Positions 40,783 to 48,484 are shown, numbered from the stretch's first letter. The stretch: 64,000 bases of DNA from a virus (IMGVR_UViG_3300044611_001018), one strand, 5' to 3'. Notes: generated from the sequence alone by a model not told the origin. Numbers and translations are program-made.

Positions 40783-40923
40783 TCAATAATGATGGCGAGA
40801 CATGACACAGTTGGGGTCATTATACCAATCAGAATCTTCATAATCTTTGTATTCTGTTTCTTGATAATCTTCTTCCAACATTGTGGGCATTGGAATGTCG
40901 TTAACCCAGGTGATGTCAGTCAT
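40783..40923 (-). CDS. Small acidic protein (46 aa)
   Basis: MTDITWVNDIPMP...DWYNDPNCVMSRHHY. Confidence 0.6.
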   Translation of the reverse strand: MTDITWVNDIPMPTMLEEDYQETEYKDYEDSDWYNDPNCVMSRHHY

Positions 40924-40944
40924 GAATCTGTGTTGAACAAACGT

Positions 40945-40986
40945 AGTATGGAATGGATTGGGTCAGAAGTCAACCCCCTGACCCAT
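40945..40986 (-). promoter_or_regulatory. Promoter TTGACT-N17-CATACT (copy 1 of a repeated promoter)
   Basis: AGTATG 40945-50, AGTCAA 40968-73; AGTCAACCCCCTGACCCAT is identical to 41668-41686. Confidence 0.7.
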
Positions 40987-40998
40987 AAGGATTGGTTA

Positions 40999-41457
40999 TC
41001 AATCCAGGGTGAATCGCTCAACCCCCATCATGTCGTTATACTGTTGCAACATGGTTTTCAGGGTTTGACCAGCACGATCGAACGATTTCGTGATGACATC
41101 GTTATACTGATCGTAGTATGCAATTTGTCCATGAATACCCATTGCCGAAGCAACAGGATTCTTTCGGAACGATTGAATACCTGTAGCAGCAAGTTTGCGG
41201 TCAAAAACTTTTGCTTGACCGTTGAGAGTATAAGCGCACAGATACTCTTCAAACACAGGTGCAATTTCTTCCTTTGTAAAAGGAACACGCTTTTGATCCT
41301 CAATCGTCAGAGAATCAATTTGTTCTTGAATTGCTTTAGAAACTGCACGGAATCGAATCCGTTCTTCACGCTCATCAAAAGTGTTAATCATGCCAAATTG
41401 CATGACACTGTTGTAGTTGTCCTCGTAGAAGTTCAGATCTTCTTGAGTGAGAGTCAT
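40999..41457 (-). CDS. Hypothetical protein (152 aa)
   Basis: Co-directional ORF from the track. Confidence 0.7.
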   Translation of the reverse strand: MTLTQEDLNFYEDNYNSVMQFGMINTFDEREERIRFRAVSKAIQEQIDSLTIEDQKRVPFTKEEIAPVFEEYLCAYTLNGQAKVFDRKLAATGIQSFRKNPVASAMGIHGQIAYYDQYNDVITKSFDRAGQTLKTMLQQYNDMMGVERFTLD

Positions 41458-41488
41458 AATAAAGAAAAAAGTTGCGGTGGGTGAGCAA

Positions 41489-41620
41489 TCAAATCATACC
41501 ACGGCGACCGAGGTCTGCCCACACATGGGACGGGGCAGCAGCTGGCACACCAGTGGCGGTGGTGTTCTTGACCCATACCATTTGGCGGGTCTTGAGGTCG
41601 GAGGCGCAAACCAGAGTCAT
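41489..41620 (-). CDS. Hypothetical protein (43 aa)
   Basis: MTLVCASDLKTRQMVWV...; downstream of promoter 41645-41673. Confidence 0.55.
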   Translation of the reverse strand: MTLVCASDLKTRQMVWVKNTTATGVPAAAPSHVWADLGRRGMI

Positions 41621-41644
41621 GGGGTGTTCCCGTGAACTGATGTC

Positions 41645-41686
41645 AGTATGGGTCAGAACGGCAGCAAAGTCAACCCCCTGACCCAT
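41645..41686 (-). promoter_or_regulatory. Promoter TTGACT-N17-CATACT (copy 2)
   Basis: AGTATG 41645-50, AGTCAA 41668-73. Confidence 0.7.
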
Positions 41687-41695
41687 TAGCGTTTC

Positions 41696-41869
41696 TTATC
41701 CTTCCAGAAGTTCAGGATAGTATTCTTCACATTCAGTGATCAATTCTTCTTCAGAATACTTATCATAACCCTCCTCAAGATAATCATAACAAAGTTGGGT
41801 CATTGTCTTAAGGTCCATGTCATCCAACATCTGCTGAATAAGTGCAGTTTGAAGTTCAGAACGGTTCAT
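41696..41869 (-). CDS. Hypothetical protein (57 aa)
   Basis: MNRSELQTALIQQMLDDMDLKTM...EEYYPELLEG. Confidence 0.65.
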   Translation of the reverse strand: MNRSELQTALIQQMLDDMDLKTMTQLCYDYLEEGYDKYSEEELITECEEYYPELLEG

Positions 41870-41871
41870 GA

Positions 41872-42051
41872 TCAAAAACGAATGATAGGGTGGTCAAGAT
41901 CGAGGACATCACATTCCTCAGTTGAAAACACTAACTCTACACTTGCTTGATAATACTCATCGGGTTCATCTTCAGAGCAGATAGCAACATCCTGATTCAG
42001 TTGATCTTCACTAAGTTGTTGCAACTGTTCGAGCAGTTCTTTGTATTTCAT
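41872..42051 (-). CDS. Hypothetical protein (59 aa)
   Basis: MKYKELLEQLQQLSEDQLNQDV...VLDLDHPIIRF; ATGA overlap. Confidence 0.65.
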   Translation of the reverse strand: MKYKELLEQLQQLSEDQLNQDVAICSEDEPDEYYQASVELVFSTEECDVLDLDHPIIRF

Positions 42052-42263
42052 TGAAGAACGTGACGGTAATCGATGGACTTAATGCACCAACCTGATGCAG
42101 TAGAGATTTCCTCTACAAGGTCATCCTCATCATCAGCATCCCAGATTTGACCAACATAAACCTCATTGAGGCGTTCTTCAGTCATAATCTGGTCTGATTC
42201 ATCCCAACCCTCTTCATCATCAAGAGAGCAATCGAATTGAATTGAAGTGATTTGATACTTCAT
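42048..42263 (-). CDS. Hypothetical acidic protein
   Basis: 71 aa; WDADDEDDLVEEISTASGWCIKSIDY. Confidence 0.7.
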   Translation of the reverse strand: MKYQITSIQFDCSLDDEEGWDESDQIMTEERLNEVYVGQIWDADDEDDLVEEISTASGWCIKSIDYRHVLQ

Positions 42264-42344
42264 GATGTTCTGGTGGTGAACAAATGAATGATAGCGCGTG
42301 TGCGCGTCTCGTCGAGATTTTATGGACAGTTCACTGACTGTCCA

Positions 42345-42494
42345 CTAGACAAAAAATTCCTCCAGATAATAGTCTACAGTGACTTCCAGTTTTGCTGCTT
42401 CTTCTTCAATTGCAGCAGTGAATGCCTCATCAATTGACATCACTTCCCTTACAGATTGATGTTCACAAAAGAGGTCAAGAGTAGAATCATTCAT
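42345..42494 (-). CDS. Hypothetical protein (49 aa)
   Basis: EEEAAKLEVTVDYYLEEF; stop abuts the dyad element. Confidence 0.6.
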   Translation of the reverse strand: MNDSTLDLFCEHQSVREVMSIDEAFTAAIEEEAAKLEVTVDYYLEEFFV

Positions 42495-42711
42495 TGGTGT
42501 AAGGTTTGAGAGTGATACGATCTGCCACACACATGATCAGTTCTGCTAGAATTTCATCATCAACTTGACCAAGTTTGTCAACAATGATGCCACCAATGTT
42601 GGTGTGAAGAAATTCAATCCAATCACATGTTTCTACAAGTTCTTCTGCAACTTCTTCAACAAGTGCTGCAGCAATTCTGTTGACTGATTTGTTAGAGAGT
42701 GACATGATCAA
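42487..42711 (-). CDS. Hypothetical protein
   Basis: 74-aa ORF overlapping its neighbours. Confidence 0.65.
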   Translation of the reverse strand: MIMSLSNKSVNRIAAALVEEVAEELVETCDWIEFLHTNIGGIIVDKLGQVDDEILAELIMCVADRITLKPYTNE

Positions 42712-42857
42712 CCCTCCCCTGCAATGTTCATTGCGTCAATGACCTTATCATAAAGATCAGAGACATCGCAACCCACACGCTCACTCACCTCATCCCAATC
42801 ATCATGGAAGGAGATTAAATCAGCAAGGGCACTGAGTTCGTTGATGGTGAAGTTCAT
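42708..42857 (-). CDS. Hypothetical protein (49 aa)
   Basis: MNFTINELSALADLISFHDDWDEVSERVG...; follows the TATACT -10 at 42880-85. Confidence 0.6.
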   Translation of the reverse strand: MNFTINELSALADLISFHDDWDEVSERVGCDVSDLYDKVIDAMNIAGEG

Positions 42858-42923
42858 TGGAGTGGTGTGAACTGAAGTCAGTATAAGGGGTGGAGGGGCG
42901 CCTGTGCGCCCCGTTGTGGACAG

Positions 42924-43388
42924 TTACGCTGCTGTCACATACCCAGGGATTTCGACACGCTCTACAGGTCCCCAACCAATCTTATATGCCTTCCAGTTAC
43001 CATTGAGGTCATACAGGTAAGCATACTCTTCGCCACCCATTTTACCAGAGACAAACATATCGAAGTCGGTGACATCTGGTTCATTATTCTCACCACGCTC
43101 TGAATGATACAGCGGTTGTGCATCACGAGTGTGGGAATAAGACCAACTGCCAGCATCATCTTCGATGATCTTGCCATTCTCATCACGAAGAGCAGCACTC
43201 TCCCACGTATGAGTTGTGCGAAGAGATGACATTGAACCACCGTCGATGAGATCTTGCACATCATCGCGGTTCTGATAATGATCTACCAGAATGCGACCGT
43301 TGCCTTCTACGTAACCATCCCAGTGGCAGTAAACGCTAACCACAGAATGGTCGGGGAGTTCGTAACCGATGCGTGAACGGGTTCCCAT
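42924..43388 (-). CDS. Conserved phage hypothetical protein
   Basis: 154 aa; MGTRSRIG...SVYCHWDGY...EEYAYLY. Confidence 0.8.
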   Translation of the reverse strand: MGTRSRIGYELPDHSVVSVYCHWDGYVEGNGRILVDHYQNRDDVQDLIDGGSMSSLRTTHTWESAALRDENGKIIEDDAGSWSYSHTRDAQPLYHSERGENNEPDVTDFDMFVSGKMGGEEYAYLYDLNGNWKAYKIGWGPVERVEIPGYVTAA

Positions 43389-43637
43389 GGGGTGTTGTGT
43401 TCAGGACTCCGCCAATATAACCGCTGCAGACCCACCCTGCAACCAACCAGTGGACTGTCCAAAAACTGGCACATCATCGGATTAATTCCGATCTTCTATG
43501 GTATCTTATAAGGACAACCAGCGCCCTTATAGGGAACGGCAGAGGGGTATCTGCCTGATCAATACATCGTCACTGAACCTGCAAACTTTTTTATAAAAAG
43601 TATACAAAAACATAAAAAGACCTTATGTGCCCCCACC

Positions 43638-43667
43638 TTGACACATAAGGCCCTTCTATGTTATACT
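43638..43667 (+). promoter_or_regulatory. Counter-oriented sigma70-type promoter TTGACA-N18-(TGT)TATACT
   Basis: -35 lies inside the inverted repeat CCTTATGTG (43621-29) / CACATAAGG (43642-50); extended -10. Confidence 0.55.
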
Positions 43668-43677
43668 GAGGAGTTAA

Positions 43678-43848
43678 CTACCAGATATCAGAATCCAAAT
43701 CCTCAATATAAGCATCGCACCTCTCACCAGATTCAAGTTTAAACATCTTCTCCCAATTAATATTATGGGGGTCAAAGTCACCAAGAACGTCGAGTTCCAG
43801 AGTGACGCGATAACGATGCTTACGTGCTTGATCGTAAATGGTTGCCAT
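43678..43848 (-). CDS. Hypothetical protein (56 aa)
   Basis: Manually translated MATIYDQARKHRYRVTLELDVLGDFDPHNINWEKMFKLE...; has its own promoter. Confidence 0.7.
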   Translation of the reverse strand: MATIYDQARKHRYRVTLELDVLGDFDPHNINWEKMFKLESGERCDAYIEDLDSDIW

Positions 43849-43872
43849 GAGAACTTTGTGCGAACTGTAGTA

Positions 43873-43901
43873 ATCTTACCCCACACTCACCGTTGTGTCA
43901 A
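43873..43901 (-). promoter_or_regulatory. Sigma70-type promoter TTGACA-N17-TAAGAT
   Basis: Plus strand ATCTTA 43873-78 and TGTCAA 43896-901. Confidence 0.7.
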
Positions 43902-43995
43902 TACCTTATAAGAATGTATTGATAACGATGGTTTATATATGACATAAGGAGACCTTATATGATACTGTGTGCTTGTTATATCATGATTCGCACAC

Positions 43996-44145
43996 ATCTC
44001 GACGAGATTCTTATATAATGATTCTATGATACTGTGTGCGTCTCGTCGAGATTTATGATGCGTGTCTCGTCGAGATTCTTATATAATGATTCTGTTATAC
44101 TATGATATACTCGTCGAGATTCTCATCGCGGGTCTCGTCGAGATT
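43996..44145. repeat. Iteron-like array: five TCTCG[A/T]CGAGAT palindromes in a degenerate 68-bp tandem duplication
   Basis: Centres at 44002, 44046, 44070, 44114, 44138 (spacing 44/24/44/24); CGAGATTCTTATATAATGATTCT repeated at 44003 and 44071. Confidence 0.9.
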
Positions 44146-44178
44146 TATGTGAGAATCCTTATATTTTTTTCGCGGGTC

Positions 44179-44207
44179 TTGACGTTTTTTTGCGGTTGTG
44201 CTATAAT
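44179..44207 (+). promoter_or_regulatory. Strong counter-oriented promoter TTGACG-N17-(TGC)TATAAT
   Basis: Near-consensus hexamers plus extended -10; no plus-strand ORF follows. Confidence 0.65.
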
Positions 44208-44387
44208 ACGCTGTCTAAGATCACAAGGATTCAGAGGGATTATAAGAGAGTTATAAAAAGATTCCACACGATTATAAGGCAATAATAAGATATAACAATA
44301 CTGTAATACTATATGTTATTGATAATGATTATCAGTAACAACAAAACACTTTTATATTTAAAAATACATTTAATTAATAAAATAAAC

Positions 44388-45365
44388 CTATTTTAACCAT
44401 AATTTGTCAATTTTCATCCTATTTTCAAAGATATTATATCTTAATGCACAATGATGACTTTGAGGTGGTACAATGATTGGATTATAATAACCAGTGAATT
44501 CTCTATAACATTTTTTAAAATCTAATATATGTTCACCAGACCTTAAAAATGGATGAACTACAATCAAATAAGGTTCATCAGTCTCTGGTAATTTAAACTG
44601 AATGACACGATTTGATTGATAATGATCTGGATTATTTGCATCAAATATATGAACACCTATATGTTCAAATTGATGAGTTTGATAGATGTTTTGTAATGCA
44701 TTAATAACATTATTCTCATTAATTGGTTTATCCATAATATGTGTATAATGATGAAAATGACTTGATGATTGAATCACCTCATTATAATACTCAGCAAACT
44801 TAGGAGATAAACCAAGATCTAATGTTACACCTTCTGAGATACCTGGATTATGCTCAACATTAACCAAATGAGAATATTCTTTAGGTGTAAGTCTTACAAT
44901 ACTAAACTGAATGATATATTCAGATGGTAGCATTTTAAATGGCAATGGTACATCAAATGCTGTACCCATCATATCATTCCAAATATAAGACCCTACCAGT
45001 TCATGAAAGAGAATATCAATATCTTTGACATTATACGAATTAAATTTAGATGCAATAAACTCAGTATTAATGACTTCAATCTTTTTAGACAATCCCATTC
45101 TTTTTGCTACATTTTGAATATGTGCCGCAGACTTAGGATTTTGTTCAAAACACGTTACATGCTTTGCTCCATGCTTTAATGCTAAAAATGCTAATACACC
45201 ACTACCTGACCCTACATCAATGCAACGTTTACCCTTACACTCTTTAAGTATCTGATCATAATATCCTAAACGCATTGATTCATTGATCAATGCAATTCCG
45301 TTATACTGAGAACTCATTCTATTTTGTTGTCTCATTCTTAAACTATAATTCCGATCAAAGTCCAT
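44388..45365 (-). CDS. SAM-dependent methyltransferase, protein-arginine-methyltransferase-like
   Basis: Motif I IDVGSGSGVL, post-I HVTCFE, DILFHELVG, followed by a beta-rich C-terminus. Confidence 0.8.
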   Translation of the reverse strand: MDFDRNYSLRMRQQNRMSSQYNGIALINESMRLGYYDQILKECKGKRCIDVGSGSGVLAFLALKHGAKHVTCFEQNPKSAAHIQNVAKRMGLSKKIEVINTEFIASKFNSYNVKDIDILFHELVGSYIWNDMMGTAFDVPLPFKMLPSEYIIQFSIVRLTPKEYSHLVNVEHNPGISEGVTLDLGLSPKFAEYYNEVIQSSSHFHHYTHIMDKPINENNVINALQNIYQTHQFEHIGVHIFDANNPDHYQSNRVIQFKLPETDEPYLIVVHPFLRSGEHILDFKKCYREFTGYYNPIIVPPQSHHCALRYNIFENRMKIDKLWLK

Positions 45366-45627
45366 TAAACGGTATTTGCTGATTCTCTGGTAATTTATAA
45401 ATCTTCTGACCCTCTATCTTATAACTTCCTGGTGGTAGTCCTATTTGACCAGGTAGAGCGTTCTCTACAATACTCTCTACATCAATCACAGCATCATTCA
45501 ATGGTGTCACTTTACGATATGCTCGATTGACAGGATTCAATGCTACCATCATCTGTGCATCCTCTAGCAATGCACATTGACATACATTCTCTCCTGTATT
45601 TAAATTCACAACAACATAATAACTCAT
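45355..45627 (-). CDS. Hypothetical protein
   Basis: 90-aa ORF overlapping the methyltransferase start. Confidence 0.7.
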   Translation of the reverse strand: MSYYVVVNLNTGENVCQCALLEDAQMMVALNPVNRAYRKVTPLNDAVIDVESIVENALPGQIGLPPGSYKIEGQKIYKLPENQQIPFNGL

Positions 45628-45633
45628 GATAAA

Positions 45634-46023
45634 TTAATCCAATTTTGATACTATTTGATTACCATTGAAATGATTTTTCAATTTCATTACTTGATCTCTA
45701 AACTTATTTTCTGGACAACGCTGCCTACCCAAATTAAATAACCTCAAAGCAATAACAACATTATTGGGAATATAACCTTTAGATTCATCCAATCTTTCTA
45801 AACTAGGTGCAAGTGGATTATTCCTCTCATAAACACCGTAAGGGTCAATTGGATATTCAGTCCAATAGCATTTACCATTTTGTTGTTTATATTGTTTTAT
45901 AAGATAAAATTCATCTATACTAACATCTAATGGTTCTGTTCTTTTAATACCATTCTTTTTTTCTTGTCCAGGTCGGGCGGCAGTCTTTGCTTTTGCTATG
46001 AGAGTCTTCCAAGGATTTCTCAC
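45634..46023 (-). CDS. HNH-like endonuclease
   Basis: QQNGKCYWT...PSLERLDESKGYIPNNVVIALRLFNLG resembles the SxDRIDxxKGY..dNv..c...N HNH variant. Confidence 0.65.
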   Translation of the reverse strand: MRNPWKTLIAKAKTAARPGQEKKNGIKRTEPLDVSIDEFYLIKQYKQQNGKCYWTEYPIDPYGVYERNNPLAPSLERLDESKGYIPNNVVIALRLFNLGRQRCPENKFRDQVMKLKNHFNGNQIVSKLD

Positions 46024-47201
46024 ACCTTTACCTCAATCACTTGACTTGCACATTTACCACCAAAACCAAAACTATTGTTCACAGTCCTTAGAACCTTTGA
46101 TGTTGTCTTCAAATCACATGAAGTCCTTACAAGTTGCTTTGAGACATCATACTCTGCATTCTCCAAATTATAACATCCAGGAATCACACAATTCCTCATG
46201 GATAGGATAGAGTAAATACACTCCAATACAGATGCAGCAGCAAGTGTATGACCAATCTTTGACTTTGGTGCATAGATTGGAACATCAGGCAAATAATCTT
46301 GCAATACCTGATATTCAATCTCATCACCAATCGGTGTACTCGTAGCATGTGCAGAGATTGCATCAATTGTATCAGGTTCAATACCATCCAATGCCTTATC
46401 CAATGCAAGTTTTGCACCAACACCATTTGTTGCAGGACTTGTTAAATCAAATGCATCACTTGCACAACCAACAGGATATAACTTTGCATACACATTTGAA
46501 TCATATTGTTGTACTTTATCTTTTGATTGCAAAATTAAAATACCCGCGCCTTCTCCCATCACAAACCCTTCACGATTCTCATCAAAAGGACAATTGTGAT
46601 TACCCAGTGCGCCAATGCCTGCGAAATACTTCAATGCCATCTCAAATACACCAGCATCAGCACCACCTACCACAACATAGTCATACTCATCCAATATCCT
46701 CATTGCATAATCAATTGAATACATTCCAGTCGCACACGATGCATACAATGCCACTGATGCACCATGAAACTTATAATGACTCGTAATCTGACCTACAATC
46801 ATATCTGGAATACGATTGACAATCTTGAATGGATTCACTCTCTTATTCTCTTTAAACCGTTGGAAGTTACCATCAAGGAACTCCACATCATTAGAGACAC
46901 TTGATACAATCACGGCAACATTCGATGAGTGTTTTAGATTTGCCATCTTCAATGCCTGCTCAGTTGCATGAAGTGCCATCTGTTGCGCTCTGGTCATGTT
47001 AGCGGTTATTTTCGGCGTAAACGCCTCGGGAAGTAGAATATCATGCAAACATGGAATACCATACTGAATCTTATGCTCACCCATAAAATCAAGTTTCTGA
47101 ATCGGATTATAATCATTAATCATATTCAGAAAACAATTCCCAGGTCGATTACCCAATGCATCGACCATACCATAACCAACAACATAAGCAGGATTGACCA
47201 T
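46020..47201 (-). CDS. fabF: Beta-ketoacyl-ACP synthase (KAS II/I, thiolase fold)
   Basis: Catalytic Cys (ASCATG), His (ISAHATSTPIGD), His (KSKIGH); GEGAG; C-terminal NSFGFGG. Confidence 0.9.
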   Translation of the reverse strand: MVNPAYVVGYGMVDALGNRPGNCFLNMINDYNPIQKLDFMGEHKIQYGIPCLHDILLPEAFTPKITANMTRAQQMALHATEQALKMANLKHSSNVAVIVSSVSNDVEFLDGNFQRFKENKRVNPFKIVNRIPDMIVGQITSHYKFHGASVALYASCATGMYSIDYAMRILDEYDYVVVGGADAGVFEMALKYFAGIGALGNHNCPFDENREGFVMGEGAGILILQSKDKVQQYDSNVYAKLYPVGCASDAFDLTSPATNGVGAKLALDKALDGIEPDTIDAISAHATSTPIGDEIEYQVLQDYLPDVPIYAPKSKIGHTLAAASVLECIYSILSMRNCVIPGCYNLENAEYDVSKQLVRTSCDLKTTSKVLRTVNNSFGFGGKCASQVIEVKV

Positions 47202-47209
47202 ACTCTGTA

Positions 47210-47413
47210 TTAACCTCCAAATCCCTTGACTGGTTTCTTCTTCTCTATTCTATCAAGAACTTCTACATGTGACAACTCATCGGATTGCATCCAAATCTGA
47301 TACACTTCCATATAATCATCTACAATGATACGCTCACCCTGATTTGATACAATCGCATAACGATGTTTGTCATACGGTGCATCAGATGTTCCAGTAAAGT
47401 TCCTCAATTTCAT
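47210..47413 (-). CDS. Hypothetical protein
   Basis: 67 aa; DAPYDKHRY...KGFGG. Confidence 0.65.
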   Translation of the reverse strand: MKLRNFTGTSDAPYDKHRYAIVSNQGERIIVDDYMEVYQIWMQSDELSHVEVLDRIEKKKPVKGFGG

Positions 47414-47607
47414 TTACCTGTGTAATGGAATAGTTTGTACTTTGGTTTATGTCGTTGAATATACTTCGTTGCATGTTCTTCACATTCAAACCAACATACT
47501 CTCTTCTCATCTAAATTGTCTAATCTCCATAAAAAAGATTGCCACGGGAATAATTCCTTATCCCGTGACTTTGTAATCTTAATCGTTGATTCCTTCTTCA
47601 TGTTCAA
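47410..47607 (-). CDS. Hypothetical protein
   Basis: FPWQSFLWRLD...KRVCWFECEEHATKYI. Confidence 0.65.
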   Translation of the reverse strand: MNMKKESTIKITKSRDKELFPWQSFLWRLDNLDEKRVCWFECEEHATKYIQRHKPKYKLFHYTGK

Positions 47608-47685
47608 TCAACCTCCGTGGTCCTTGAATAAAATAATTTGCAATCATAGACAAAATAATCATTGTCAAATAATATGCAAGAAAAC

Positions 47686-47871
47686 TCATTGAGAGAACCT
47701 CTTTGCCCAAAGTTGATAGGATTTGTCACGCACACGCTTCAGTATCAGTGTACGCTCATTCTCATCAACACTCATCTCCATTGATGCATCCAGAAGATGA
47801 TTCAATGCAATGTTAATCATTTCTTGTTCCTCTGCATCAACGCAGAGATTCATTTCGGATTCAATTATCAT
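47686..47871 (-). CDS. Hypothetical protein
   Basis: 61 aa; ATGA overlap with the upstream ORF. Confidence 0.6.
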   Translation of the reverse strand: MIIESEMNLCVDAEEQEMINIALNHLLDASMEMSVDENERTLILKRVRDKSYQLWAKRFSQ

Positions 47872-48044
47872 GGTTTTGGGTTGCAATTGGGGTGAAAGGT
47901 TTTAAACTGTGAGCAACGTTGTTCTGTTGCCTTCATACTATCATAACCCTCAAACATCTTTTTGTCACGTTGAATAATCAGTGCATTCCATCCAAGAATT
48001 ACAATGAGTACAAAAAAGATGTAACTGATTTTCTTACTGGTCAT
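47868..48044 (-). CDS. Small membrane-anchored protein
   Basis: N-terminal hydrophobic helix YIFFVLIVILGWNALII. Confidence 0.6.
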   Translation of the reverse strand: MTSKKISYIFFVLIVILGWNALIIQRDKKMFEGYDSMKATEQRCSQFKTFHPNCNPKP

Positions 48045-48045
48045 T

Positions 48046-48258
48046 TTATGACCCTCCGTAAACATAATCTATAATACCAGCAGCATGATTCACACCTTCG
48101 ATGATAGTGAACTTAGCATACCTGTCAAACTCATCAACATGATACTCACTAAACTCTTTGACAAACAACTCACGGGCGTGGTCTTTGGATTCAGCAGCAA
48201 GAACTACCATCCCACTGGTCCAGTCGGAGAGAATGTTGTTGATGATGTAAAGATTCAT
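48046..48258 (-). CDS. Hypothetical protein
   Basis: 70-aa ORF in an overlapping run. Confidence 0.65.
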   Translation of the reverse strand: MNLYIINNILSDWTSGMVVLAAESKDHARELFVKEFSEYHVDEFDRYAKFTIIEGVNHAAGIIDYVYGGS

Positions 48259-48446
48259 TTGATGTCGCCTTCAGCAATCAGACCCATGATTTCACGAGCA
48301 GTGGCAGCAAAGTTAATGTGGTCCTCAAGACCCTCTTTAGCATAAATGTCAAAGACATCAGACTCACGATAGGTGTCCATAATCAGAGCACAGGCATCAT
48401 ACAGAGCAGCGATGTGATGTGCCTTGGATTGGAATGAGAGTGCCAT
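48255..48446 (-). CDS. Hypothetical protein
   Basis: 63 aa; follows TATAAT at 48472-77. Confidence 0.65.
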   Translation of the reverse strand: MALSFQSKAHHIAALYDACALIMDTYRESDVFDIYAKEGLEDHINFAATAREIMGLIAEGDIK

Positions 48447-48484
48447 GGGGTGTTCCCTTGATTACTTTGTAATTATAGGGTGCC

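Noticed and set aside
40660-41484. Long plus-strand ORFs in the track (e.g. 40660-41484, 48672-49292, 53942-54433, 57580-58455)
   Set aside because: They lie antisense to well-formed, tightly packed minus-strand genes, lack plausible promoters or RBS, and have implausible composition; treated as shadow ORFs
43921-44160. Repeat array as a mini-CRISPR
   Set aside because: Repeats are only 12-13 bp, spacers alternate in length and are themselves duplicated, and no cas genes are present
35300-44400. tRNA genes in the intergenic gaps
   Set aside because: No T-arm GTTCRA with a matching D-arm or cloverleaf was found by eye; a tRNAscan-SE run would confirm
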